DNA from: a bacterium
GTDB taxonomy: Bacteria; UBA8248
DNA length: 64,000 nucleotides
Direction: 5' to 3'
Assembly (NCBI GenBank): GCA_965207065.1
Contig: OZ242260.1
Coordinates: 1,120,001-1,184,000 of the forward strand
Part shown: positions 54,550 through 64,000 of the stretch, piece after piece
How positions within the stretch are numbered: position 1 is the stretch's first letter
Layout of the letters: each line of letters opens with the position of its first letter
Notes under the pieces: model-generated
The model's input: the letters and a program-made list of their open reading frames with translations, nothing else
Databases searched by the model: none
What the model was told of the DNA's origin: nothing
Translations under genes and position numbers: made by a program

Positions 54550-57500
54550 TTATCCCGTCCGCGGCCAGAGATAGACCAGGCCGATCGGATCGACACGGAC
54601 GGCGCGCACCTTGTAGGTGTCAGCAATCCGGCGCGGCTCGGTTTCGAGTTCGAGTTCGATAGCTTCGAGGCGCCTTGCCCATGCTCTCCGGTCGGCTTCG
54701 CGCTGGCGCCGCTCAGCCGTATCGAGGTCGAGGAAGAGTTGCCCGTCGTCCTTCCCTGCGGCATCTGCGATCCTCTTCCGCTGGCGCTCGAGCAATTCAA
54801 TCATGCTGCGTCCTTCGGTGTCCGCCCGTTCAGCAAGTCGACTTTGCGCCTCCTTGGCCAAATCGGCCGCACGGCGCTGCAAATGCGGCAAGAGATCCGT
54901 GATATCGGCTTGTACCGAAGACGACAGAACTGTTTGGACCGGATCTGAAATGCTGTTCTGCCCCGCATCGTCGAGGGCCGTCTGAAGCGACGTAAGCGTC
55001 GCTTGTTCGGCTGTGCGACCGTAGGGCGCGAGTGGGCCCTCCCTCCGTTCCGGATCGAGCCAGCGCGCCGTCACAGGCACGAGTTCCTCGTGAAGACGCG
55101 CCGCGCGTGGTCCGTACACTGCGAGTCGGCCGAGCAGAACGACGCGCGGAACTGCATCGGGGGCCACGGTCAAACAGGCCTTGGACAGATCATGGTGGAT
55201 CAGGCCTTGCGCCGTGAACCTGCCGAGCAAGCGCCGGGCGACTCGATGTTCGAGATGCAGTTGTACGGCGTTATCCCCGAGCCTGCCGGTATCTTCGAAA
55301 GTAACGGGCCGAATGGCTGCTCGGCGGCGCCATTCGCCAAGTCTTTCCCCCTGTTTCCTGCGCACGCGCAAAGTATCGAGAGCCGCGTTCCAGCCAGGAT
55401 CACCCGTGATCGCATCTGACCCGGCCGGAAAGGAAAAGAGGTGTGGAGTATTGGGTTCTCGCTTCTCGGCGGAATCGAGCGCCGTTATTCCGTGGGCGCC
55501 TGCGAGACGCAGGCTCATCGACATGGTCTGGTGGAATTGTGAAGCGGTTAGCCCGATACGAGTGCGCGACCGTTCCAACCTGGTTCGAAGGCCATCGACT
55601 TCTTCCCGAAGCCTGTCCTGGCGATGGCGGGCGTCCTCCAGTTCGTCCTTGATAGTTCTCTGCGGCTCGCCGGGGGAGAAATTCTGGATGAAGGTCGTGA
55701 GTTCCTCGATGTTGTCGTGGCGCATGCCTTCCGCACGAAGGTCTTTCGTGAGAGGCCCCTCGAGAACCTTGGCGACGCTTCCCAGTTCTTCGCGGATGCG
55801 TTCGACCTTGTCTACCAATACTTGCAGAACGCGGTCCTCGTCGCGCTGGGTGAACACGAAATACCGGCAGAATACTTCGTCTGCGGGTTGAAGCTTACGG
55901 TCGATGCGTCCATTGCGCTGATCGAGACGGCTCGGGTTCCAAGGCAGGTCGAAATGGAAAAGGTCATGGCAATGGCGTTGGAGGTTGAGGCCCTCCCGCG
56001 CGGCATCGGTCGCAATGAGAATGCGAAGCGGATGATCGCTCGGCTCGGTGTTGAAAGCGTGCTTGATATCTTCACGGCGCTGGCGGGAGGTCATCCCCGA
56101 AAAAACGGCGATTCGCTCGTATGCCCTGTCGGAATGCGCGATCGCCTCGTTCAGACATCGTTGGAGCCAGTGGCGCGTGTCCTCCCATTCAGTGAAGATG
56201 AGAAGGCGGCGGTCATTCCATTTCACGGACGCGTCGCCACGGGCGGAGAAGAGAGGGCACATGTTGGCGTCGATCCATTCGATGATCTTGTGAACGCGCG
56301 GATCGGCGTCGTAGCGGCTCGCCTCGGCGACATCGCGCATCTCGTTCACAAGGGCGAGTTCGCGGACCAACGCCTCGCGCGTCTCCTTGCGGCTGGCATT
56401 AGTCGATGCCGCGGTTGCTGCCGTCATCAGATCGGCCAAATCGGATTCGAGTAAATCGGATTGTTCTTCATCTTCCGGCGCATGAGTTTCTTCGTCGACC
56501 TCTTGATCGTGATCGATCGTGCCGGCAAGTTCGGAGTCGGGTTCGATATCAACCGTCAAACGTTCAAGAGCCGCCTGCTGCACATGCGATATCGCAAGAG
56601 CTTCCGTAGCCTTCTCAAGTGAGCGTTCCACGCTCCTGCGATGAACCGCGAGCGTCTTCGCGAAAGCCTCGATGGATGACAGCAAGCGTTTTTGCAGCCC
56701 GCCGATCGCCAACGCCCCGGCGGTTTGTTGCGATCTTGACTCGTTCCTGAGTCTCATTTCCCGCTTGAGCCGGTAGGCATCCAGCAACCTCGGCAACACA
56801 AGTTCGGGCGCGTCTGGCGGTAGCCCGTCGATTTTGACCGGGTCCACGGTGCGCTTTGGGAAACCTCCTTCAAGTTCCCGGATGTCGGACTTGAGACGCC
56901 GGACCAGTACCTCGTCGAGTTGTCCCTTGAGCACGCGGACCCCACGGCAGAAACGTTGCGGGTCGAGAATTTCGAGCAGAGCGGAGAAACTGTTGGAATG
57001 CCCGTTATGCGGTGTCGCCGAAAGGAAAAGGCGATGCTCAAAACGAGGCGCGATATCGCGCACGGCGCGCGTGATCTGCGAATCGATCGCGTAGCGTGCG
57101 CCGCTCGCAGGGGCGGCGTTGTGCGCCTCGTCGAGGATCAGAAGCGATTGGGGAGCGAACTCGCCGAGCCAATCGCGCAGGCCTGAAGCGTAGGCCTCGT
57201 CAATGAGAAGGCGATGGGAAATCAGAAATCGCGAGTGGGTGGTCCATGGATTGACCGAAAATCCGCGTTCGCGGCGCATCCGCGTCACATAGGACCGGTC
57301 GAGAATGGCGAATGTAAAGCCAAATCGGGCTTCCATCTCGTCCTGCCACTGGTCGAGCATCGCGGGCGGACACGCGACCACAATCCGGTCGATGCGGCGG
57401 CGCAACAGCAGTTCTCGAGCAATCAACCCGGCCTCGATGGTCTTGCCGAGACCAACGTCGTCGGCGATGAAAAGATTGACGCGCGGCAACCTGAGCGCCT

Positions 57501-57864
57501 TGCGCAGTGGGTCGAGCTGGTAGGCGTCGATACGAATGCCAGCTCGGAACGGCGCCTGGAAGAGGTTCGGGTCTGTTGCTGTCACGCAATTCCAAGACAG
57601 CGTTCGGAGATACGCCGCGAATAGTGCGGGATCGTCGAAGCCCTTCTCGGCGACAGAGGACCAACCGTCGTCCTCAAGCACACGGGCGTCGAGCTCATGT
57701 TCCCACAAGACCGACAACGGCTCTCCCTGCGCGTCGTCGTCGAGGCAAGATAGATCGACTAGCGTCGCTTCGGCAGGTGATGGAGGCGCCGTCACATTCT
57801 CCACGAGATATCGGCGCTGCCGGACCAGCGCGATCCGGCCGGGTTCTGGAGATAAAAGCGTCAT
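54550..57864 (-). CDS. drmD: DISARM SNF2-like helicase
   Basis: ADDVGLGKTIE, LDEAH, LSATPHNG, QRNGRIDR. Confidence 0.95.
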   Translation of the reverse strand: MTLLSPEPGRIALVRQRRYLVENVTAPPSPAEATLVDLSCLDDDAQGEPLSVLWEHELDARVLEDDGWSSVAEKGFDDPALFAAYLRTLSWNCVTATDPNLFQAPFRAGIRIDAYQLDPLRKALRLPRVNLFIADDVGLGKTIEAGLIARELLLRRRIDRIVVACPPAMLDQWQDEMEARFGFTFAILDRSYVTRMRRERGFSVNPWTTHSRFLISHRLLIDEAYASGLRDWLGEFAPQSLLILDEAHNAAPASGARYAIDSQITRAVRDIAPRFEHRLFLSATPHNGHSNSFSALLEILDPQRFCRGVRVLKGQLDEVLVRRLKSDIRELEGGFPKRTVDPVKIDGLPPDAPELVLPRLLDAYRLKREMRLRNESRSQQTAGALAIGGLQKRLLSSIEAFAKTLAVHRRSVERSLEKATEALAISHVQQAALERLTVDIEPDSELAGTIDHDQEVDEETHAPEDEEQSDLLESDLADLMTAATAASTNASRKETREALVRELALVNEMRDVAEASRYDADPRVHKIIEWIDANMCPLFSARGDASVKWNDRRLLIFTEWEDTRHWLQRCLNEAIAHSDRAYERIAVFSGMTSRQRREDIKHAFNTEPSDHPLRILIATDAAREGLNLQRHCHDLFHFDLPWNPSRLDQRNGRIDRKLQPADEVFCRYFVFTQRDEDRVLQVLVDKVERIREELGSVAKVLEGPLTKDLRAEGMRHDNIEELTTFIQNFSPGEPQRTIKDELEDARHRQDRLREEVDGLRTRLERSRTRIGLTASQFHQTMSMSLRLAGAHGITALDSAEKREPNTPHLFSFPAGSDAITGDPGWNAALDTLRVRRKQGERLGEWRRRAAIRPVTFEDTGRLGDNAVQLHLEHRVARRLLGRFTAQGLIHHDLSKACLTVAPDAVPRVVLLGRLAVYGPRAARLHEELVPVTARWLDPERREGPLAPYGRTAEQATLTSLQTALDDAGQNSISDPVQTVLSSSVQADITDLLPHLQRRAADLAKEAQSRLAERADTEGRSMIELLERQRKRIADAAGKDDGQLFLDLDTAERRQREADRRAWARRLEAIELELETEPRRIADTYKVRAVRVDPIGLVYLWPRTG

Positions 57865-57937
57865 ATACTCAACTCGTTGGATCGGGCTTCAGACTTTGCG
57901 CACCGAAAGCTCGTTTCCGCCAAACTGCGGACGAAAT

Positions 57938-58182
57938 GTCGCTCGCCTGAGAGCAGGCGGGAGCTTGTAAGGAGGCCTAACAGTTCGCTTCGTCTTGGAA
58001 TTATGGGGGTGAGACACAGATGGAGTGTTGTTCTGCGTGCGAGCGCAGATGGACTTGCCATGGATGGGTCCTCTTGCTCGACGCGTTAGCCCCCAGCGGT
58101 AGCGAAGCCGCGCCTCGTGTAACGAGCGAGTGGGAAACAATACTTTATGCTACGCGATATCCCGTCGGGCCTTCAAGCCCGA
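57938..58182 (-). promoter_or_regulatory. Conserved promoter plus structured leader, copy 2, upstream of DISARM
   Basis: TTGAAG(58171-58176)-18 nt-TAGCAT(58147-58152); homologous to 17514-17760. Confidence 0.55.
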
Positions 58183-58476
58183 TAGAAGACGGTCCAACGG
58201 CATCCTAAAGAGGACGAGCCGAGGCGCGAGCGGGGACGGCGGAAGGGCGTCCAAGAGAGGACGTTAACCACCTCCATCATCCACTCGCTGCAAGTTGGCG
58301 CACGATGCGGACGATCTATAGCGAGTCGAACACCTTACTCACTCACACCATCGGCCGGGACTGGAGGATACGCGCTACGCCGTGGAACGATTCAAATTCA
58401 CTGCCGATAGCAACATCCGCCCATCCCCGCAGAGGGATCCGCAACAGGTGAATATATGGCGAGTGGCGTTGTGAAG

Positions 58477-59808
58477 CTAGAAGATGTCCTCGTCCTCAGT
58501 CGTTGCTTCTAAAATCTCGGCGATGTCCTCAAGCAAATCGTTCGGCGACTCTACATTACCCTCAAGAGGAATGAAGTTTGGATGTGATAAAAATTCCTCG
58601 GCAGCGGCATGGGTCAAAACCAGGGAAATCCGTCGGCTGAGGTCTTCGCCTACGCGCATATTGCGAGGAATGATCGGCTTTTGCCGCTCAATGCCTGGAA
58701 GCGTGACAAAGCAAACGTTAGGCGTTAGCGGCACGATCAACCGCATTCCCTCCTTCGTGGTAGCCCGTGTGCAAAAGGTGTCGGGCAGGACGAACACCGG
58801 ATGATCGGAACGCACGATCGCCCAAGGGCTCCACATCAATGGAGCCGCAATTCGATCATAGAACTCGTTATTACGATACAGGGATTCATAGGCCTTGGGA
58901 GGCATCTCGGGATCGTCGCCGTGGCCAAGTTCGGCAATCACAGGCGCAATAGCATCTTGAATCGCTGCGATTGTGTAGGGGTTGCGCAGGATATGGATGA
59001 CAAGAAACCCGATAAGAGCTTCCCGCTGAGGTGAGTTGAGGGGGTGTGTCTTGAGCAGCATTTCAATCGGGCTCTTGGCGTCACCTTCAAGCAGGCTGAA
59101 ATAGGCCTCCAGCGGATCGCTGTAGAGTTTGGGGAGATGGCCCCATTGGCTGAATTCACGTCTGAACGACATCCAGCCGTCAGGTGTTCGTCGCCACCGA
59201 AGTACCTTATCGTTGGTTGCCCAGTGGTCACGGATGAACCAGCGCGATATAAAATGGTTCTTGCCGACTGGCTTGATTGGGAGCTTTGCTAGTTTAGGGT
59301 TCGCCTCACGTTCGATCGCCTTTGCCGACTTAGGTTTCCATCGCTCCTCCAAGCGTCTCGACCAGATACGCTCATGGACCATCCGGGCCATGCCGCGAAT
59401 GATGTCTGCGCCTTCCGAACCCAGACATTCCTCACGCTCCTGTTCAGGATCGATGGATGACAATTCTCGGCCGGTGACCCGCTTCTCGACGACCCGCTCA
59501 GCCAACCAGAACTGAAGCTGGACAAGTTCCATCACCATGTCCTCACGGACGTTGATGTGCAGTTCGACTTTATTGGCTTCGGACAGCATCATCATTTCAA
59601 TGATGACCCGATCAACGATTTCGTCCCAGACCGCTGTCAAAGCATCAATCAAATGGTGTTCGAGTTCGGGAAACAGCTTCCGGACCACCGTGCCGGAAAT
59701 CCAGCTTTTCTCTGAGCAACGTTTCATCCTTAATCCATAACTGTAGTGGCTTGAGACCATCCGAGTTTGTGCGTGCGATAATCGGCGTTGTTGATTTAGG
59801 TTATTCAC
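58477..59808 (-). CDS. DUF4238-domain protein with N-terminal extension (start uncertain)
   Basis: KNHFISRWFI, LEAYFSLLEG, FVLPD...VPLTPN. Confidence 0.65.
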   Translation of the reverse strand: MNNLNQQRRLSHAQTRMVSSHYSYGLRMKRCSEKSWISGTVVRKLFPELEHHLIDALTAVWDEIVDRVIIEMMMLSEANKVELHINVREDMVMELVQLQFWLAERVVEKRVTGRELSSIDPEQEREECLGSEGADIIRGMARMVHERIWSRRLEERWKPKSAKAIEREANPKLAKLPIKPVGKNHFISRWFIRDHWATNDKVLRWRRTPDGWMSFRREFSQWGHLPKLYSDPLEAYFSLLEGDAKSPIEMLLKTHPLNSPQREALIGFLVIHILRNPYTIAAIQDAIAPVIAELGHGDDPEMPPKAYESLYRNNEFYDRIAAPLMWSPWAIVRSDHPVFVLPDTFCTRATTKEGMRLIVPLTPNVCFVTLPGIERQKPIIPRNMRVGEDLSRRISLVLTHAAAEEFLSHPNFIPLEGNVESPNDLLEDIAEILEATTEDEDIF

Positions 59809-59817
59809 GGTTGCCGG

Positions 59818-60015
59818 TCAAGCCTCGCTCCAGATCGTCTCTGTCGTTCCGCACTTCTGGCACTCGCGGAAATACGCCCCCCTCCTTGTTGTGAACCCGA
59901 ATCCCTTCGCCCCGGCGTTCCTAGGTTCCGCACGCAGAACACACCATGGCATCGTTGTGTTTCCTCCACACGCACCGCACCGCCAGTAGTAGCCGAACAT
60001 GCCCCATCGCGCGGC
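59818..60015 (-). pseudogene. Zn-ribbon C-terminal fragment
   Basis: GYYWRCGACG...FRECQKCG; upstream frame broken. Confidence 0.4.
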
Positions 60016-60850
60016 CTCGATGTTCGCTCTCGTCTACGTTAGCAGGCGATTTGATGCTCAGCTCCAGCGGTGCTTACCTGCTGGCATGCGCGCGTCAGTC
60101 CGCCACGTAGTCGCTGTTGTGCCGTAGTGCTTGCTAGGGTGAGCTCCGTGCGACGAACTTGATCACATCCCCATCCGAATTTCCGCTGTCCGAACCTCGA
60201 TGCTTGATGACGCCGCAGTGAAAACCGCTTCTACCACAGAGGCTGCTCCGATCTCTGCCGCGCTGAGCGGCAACCCGGTGCCATCCGCCCGCCATACCTG
60301 CGCACGCATCGCGGAGAGGCGGAGCCGGGCCGAGCAACGGTAGGGGTTGTTCGATGAGGTAATGCTTTTCTCGCGGCTTTCATGAGTTGGACTATCGCAC
60401 ATTTCTGGGTGCAATTCCCACAAGTTCGGGTTTCTACGTGTGGGGAATCCCCTCCCCCTTTTTGAGAGGGAGTCTAGGAAGTCGAGTCTTCGCAGAAAAG
60501 GGCCATTGAATAACTTGGTTGCGATAGCGGGCGTATGGAGGACCATGTGTCGGTCCACAAGCATGTTGGCGTATGTGAGCATGAATAACATTTAGCGGCT
60601 CTCTTCGCGCAATCTTGGTCCTAGCGCTTACCGAGGGCCTTCAGATGATTGGTTAACCATTGCGTTACTCTCAGATATAAACTATCGCTCGTAACGCTCA
60701 TATCGCGCGGGGCTTTATGCAGGCATCAGCTGCACTTTTCGGGGAAAGCATTGATGAAGGTTTGAAAATCGTAGTATAGCCAAGCTGAGTTATCATTTTG
60801 CTGCTAAATCTTAGCGCTACAAATAAACCCCGACGACCATAGAGTACACG

Positions 60851-63800
60851 ATGTCTACACGGGATGAATTTTTACCGACAACAAAGGCGCTGCTGGCACA
60901 ACAAGCTGGCTATCTGTGTTCCCACCCCGAATGCCGACGTCTTACCATTGGGCCCAATGAATCCGGTGATGGCGTAATCAATATCGGTGAGGCGGCCCAT
61001 ATCACGGCCGCAGCTAAAGGCGGGCCGCGCTACGATCCCAATCTCTCCTCTGAGGAACGCAAAAGCTTAGTTAATGGCATTTGGTTGTGTCGCAACCATG
61101 CTAAGGAAGTGGACTCAGATCAGGAACAATACACGATCAAGACTTTGCGGGAGTGGAAAAACACGGCGAACAATAAAGCTTTCGATGCGCGAACGACGGG
61201 TAAACTCCCAATACCGCAAGGAATGGTAGCCGTAGGTACTGAAATTATTGAACTGTTAGGGATTAGAGATACCGACGTCGAGAAACTTATCGAGCGGATG
61301 AAAAAAGCTGCGCAAAACGATATCGATAAGTTCAAAGCTTTGCCAGGCTGGCCGATCCATGCTGTCGCGCTAAGCATGCAAACAGTGGGAAGTGAAGCGC
61401 CGACGTTCGATGCAGCCGCGTTAGCAAGAGCAATCGCAGCAAGCGGTGAGGCTACTATCGTCGCACCACCAGGCACAGGAAAATCAACAACTTGTATTCA
61501 GATCGTCGAAGCACTCCTCTGTCAAAACGATATTGTCTCAGTCCTTATTCCGCTCAATGAGTGGTCTGCCCAGCCCCATGGTTTTCTCGTATCGCTTTCT
61601 CACCGTGCACCGTTTAACGGAATCAGAGAGCAAGATTTTCAGGCGGCTGCCGCCCGTGGGAGTCTGGCAATAGTCCTCGATGCTTGGAACGAGCTTGATC
61701 CGACATCACGTAGGAAAGCGGCGGCGGAGATTGATCGTCTACGCCGAGATTTGCCTCTCCTCCAAATTATCGTCAGTACGCGGCGACAGTTAATTGATGT
61801 ACCGCTGAACGGGCCTGTCGTTGAAATTCAGCCCCTGTCTGAAAAGCAGCAAATTGAAATCGCACGTGCAGTTAGCGGAGATGTAGGCGAAAAATTGCTC
61901 AATCGGGCGTGGCAAGAGGAAGGATTGCGCGAATTGGTATCGATCCCGCTTTACCTTACAGCCCTTCTCCAAGTACGGCACGATTCCCTACCTGACTCCA
62001 AAGAGGAAGTCCTTACCCTGTTCATCGCAGCCAGCGAGAAAAGCAGCGCTGAAGCCCTTAGAGACGGACTCTATGGTCTACACGGAGATATCTTATGCGG
62101 CTTGGCTGTTGAGGCGACTGTTGCAGCCAATACTGCTATTTCGGATGCACGCTCCCGAACGATTGTTGCCGAAGTGGAGGTCCGACTTAAGTCAGCCGGG
62201 CAAATCACTGAACAGCCGCAACCTGCTGTGGTTCTAGAATTACTTGTGAATCACCATGTGTTGATGAGAATTGGAGGATCGGGCGGCGTTTCGTTTCAGC
62301 ATGAACAGATTCAGGAATGGTATGCCTCCCTCAAAGTGGAAGACCTCATGCGATCTGCTACGGAAGGTACACTAGAAGCGCGGGCGAAGCTGCGCAGGGA
62401 TATCCTGAATAATGTCGCTTGGGAAGAGGCTATCCTTTTCGCGTGCGAAAGGCTCTCGCGTGCGGACAAAGCGGAAATAGCTGCCGCGGCTATCCTTGAC
62501 GCGCTCTACGTTGATCCCATGCTCGCCGCCGAGATGATTTTCCGCTCTTCCGACAATGTTTGGGCGGAAATAAGTCGCTCCGTCCAAGAGTTTATAGATC
62601 GCTGGCACGTTCCCGGCACGGTCGATCGGGCTTTGCGATTCATGATTGCTTCAGGCCGCGCCGAATTCTTCGATAGTGTATGGCCGCTCATTACACATGA
62701 TGATGACCAAGTAAGCCTTTCAGCACTGTGCGCAGCTCCTCGCTTCCGGCCGACGATACTTGGAAGCGATGCACCAGAGCGAATTGCGACTTTACAGCCG
62801 GACATACGCCGTAACGTTCTACATGAAATCGCATTCAACAGCGGGGTAGATGGCCTAGATCTCGCGGCTTCCGTGGCACAAGTTGACCTTGATCCCGAGG
62901 TGAAGGCCGCTGTGATCGATGCCTTCGCGTTTCGTCGTGCCGATCGCCACATAGCTGAGGTGCTGCACGGCGCTGATGAAAAGACTTTCGATTTGGTAGC
63001 CCGTCGGGATCTGATCGATAGGACAACCGACGAATACGTCAAGAAAGGTCTCGATGCCGCCCGCGAACGCCAACGGACTAAAGGCATTTCAACTTATGAT
63101 CGATTGCGCGCCATCGTCTATGGGCACGACGATGAAGACCACAGCAGTGTACTGACATCAATCATCAAGGAATTGCAGATCGACGATTATCTAGACGCGG
63201 CAGTCCAACTTATTTACCAAGCGCGCGCGCGATACTCGCGGGCCATTGCTGATGGTCTTTTGCAGCGGTTACGCGCAGGCCGAACATTATTCTACGGTGC
63301 ACATGACATTTTAGCGGCTGCGGAACTTAGTTTGGAAGACGAAGAACTGCTTGAAATAGCTGTCGCCAAGAACCAACACCATGACCGCCAAGCGGAAGCC
63401 GCCGCTTCCGTCCTAGGACCGCAGGCTATAGGTCGCATGATCGAAGTACTTCTTAAAACAAAGAGCCGAGTTCGCGACACGAACGGAAGATATGACCAAG
63501 TGGCAAGCGATCACTATCACGGTTTGCTAAGACGAATTGCGCACACACAAACCACAGGCTTGGTTACCGCGGTCCGTAACCGATCCGCAAAGGCGGGTAA
63601 TGAAGAAATGGCGGACTTGGCAGACTTGATATCGCGTCATCTAAGTGAAGAGAAACTTCGTAGCATTTCGTTTGATGATCATTTGCATGACGCGATCGTT
63701 GAACTCGCAGAAGATTGGGGGGTGCGGATGCTGTCCTCCGGCGACGATGTGACTCGTTCGCAACTATCTTCGATTGTGAGATTGGCCAGCCGTGCCCCAT

Positions 63801-64000
63801 CGGTGAGATTGCTTCCATTGTTGAAACGGCTACTCATTGAAGAACTGCGCCGATACCGTGTCTTCTTGGAAGAAGCGGAAGCGGCCGGCTGGGCTCACGG
63901 GAAGGCTGTCAACGAAGCGCGCACACTCCACACACATGAATATCAGCGAGCGTTTGAGTCGATCAACTTTCCAGAGACCGCTGCACTGATGCGCGAATAT
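60851..64000 (+). CDS. HNH endonuclease fused to NACHT/STAND NTPase with long helical C-terminus (Avs-like), 3' partial, at least 1050 aa
   Basis: Translated by hand: CSHPEC...AAHITAA...GGPRY...NGIWLCRNH; Walker A APPGTGKS (61463-61486); Walker B IVLDAWNE; SIPLYL; FQHEQIQEWY. Absent from the ORF track because there is no stop in the window. Confidence 0.88.
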   Translation, partial: MSTRDEFLPTTKALLAQQAGYLCSHPECRRLTIGPNESGDGVINIGEAAHITAAAKGGPRYDPNLSSEERKSLVNGIWLCRNHAKEVDSDQEQYTIKTLREWKNTANNKAFDARTTGKLPIPQGMVAVGTEIIELLGIRDTDVEKLIERMKKAAQNDIDKFKALPGWPIHAVALSMQTVGSEAPTFDAAALARAIAASGEATIVAPPGTGKSTTCIQIVEALLCQNDIVSVLIPLNEWSAQPHGFLVSLSHRAPFNGIREQDFQAAAARGSLAIVLDAWNELDPTSRRKAAAEIDRLRRDLPLLQIIVSTRRQLIDVPLNGPVVEIQPLSEKQQIEIARAVSGDVGEKLLNRAWQEEGLRELVSIPLYLTALLQVRHDSLPDSKEEVLTLFIAASEKSSAEALRDGLYGLHGDILCGLAVEATVAANTAISDARSRTIVAEVEVRLKSAGQITEQPQPAVVLELLVNHHVLMRIGGSGGVSFQHEQIQEWYASLKVEDLMRSATEGTLEARAKLRRDILNNVAWEEAILFACERLSRADKAEIAAAAILDALYVDPMLAAEMIFRSSDNVWAEISRSVQEFIDRWHVPGTVDRALRFMIASGRAEFFDSVWPLITHDDDQVSLSALCAAPRFRPTILGSDAPERIATLQPDIRRNVLHEIAFNSGVDGLDLAASVAQVDLDPEVKAAVIDAFAFRRADRHIAEVLHGADEKTFDLVARRDLIDRTTDEYVKKGLDAARERQRTKGISTYDRLRAIVYGHDDEDHSSVLTSIIKELQIDDYLDAAVQLIYQARARYSRAIADGLLQRLRAGRTLFYGAHDILAAAELSLEDEELLEIAVAKNQHHDRQAEAAASVLGPQAIGRMIEVLLKTKSRVRDTNGRYDQVASDHYHGLLRRIAHTQTTGLVTAVRNRSAKAGNEEMADLADLISRHLSEEKLRSISFDDHLHDAIVELAEDWGVRMLSSGDDVTRSQLSSIVRLASRAPSVRLLPLLKRLLIEELRRYRVFLEEAEAAGWAHGKAVNEARTLHTHEYQRAFESINFPETAALMREY

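Larger units (their letters stand above)
10900..64000. mobile_element. Genomic island / putative integrative mobilisable element with defence cargo (right end beyond window)
   Basis: AT-rich junction, tandem integrases, coupling protein plus MOBF relaxase, mosaic GC, IS remnants, defence genes. Confidence 0.75.

Noticed and set aside
57938-58182. Retron msr-msd interpretation of the duplicated element
   Set aside because: No reverse transcriptase in the window and no clear a1/a2 terminal repeats

Overview
The window has two parts. (1) About 1-10.9 kb is GC-rich core chromosome: a partial M24-family peptidase, a secreted TPR protein, the atpF'-F-H-A-G-D-C half of a split F1Fo ATP synthase operon, an FAH-family hydrolase, DUF1643, an enoyl-CoA hydratase and a VOC protein. 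(2) From about 10.9 kb to the window end is a mosaic island that looks like an integrative mobilisable defence element. It carries two tandem tyrosine integrases and a TrwB/TraD coupling protein. Its MOBF (TrwC) relaxase-helicase is split exactly in its Walker A by an intact RIT element (3 recombinases, perfect 91-bp IRs); no T4SS genes are seen. Defence-type cargo includes a complete class I DISARM operon (drmD-MI-A-B-C), MNT-HEPN TA, HNH, several HEPN-like genes, tandem DUF5677-like paralogues, a DUF4238 protein, and an HNH-STAND NTPase of at least 1050 aa that the ORF track missed because it runs off the window. There are many remnants (IS256, IS1182 and nested MITEs, group II intron 5' domain, second RIT, HsdM, REase, DAC, HU, HicB-like, RelE). 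The most unexplained signal is a ~245-bp element present twice (17.5 kb + strand; 58.0 kb - strand, directly ahead of DISARM). It has a conserved sigma70-like promoter, non-conserved reading frames and a hairpin with compensatory base changes, making it a candidate structured leader/ncRNA for defence operons. All family calls come from recognising motifs by eye; no database searches were run.
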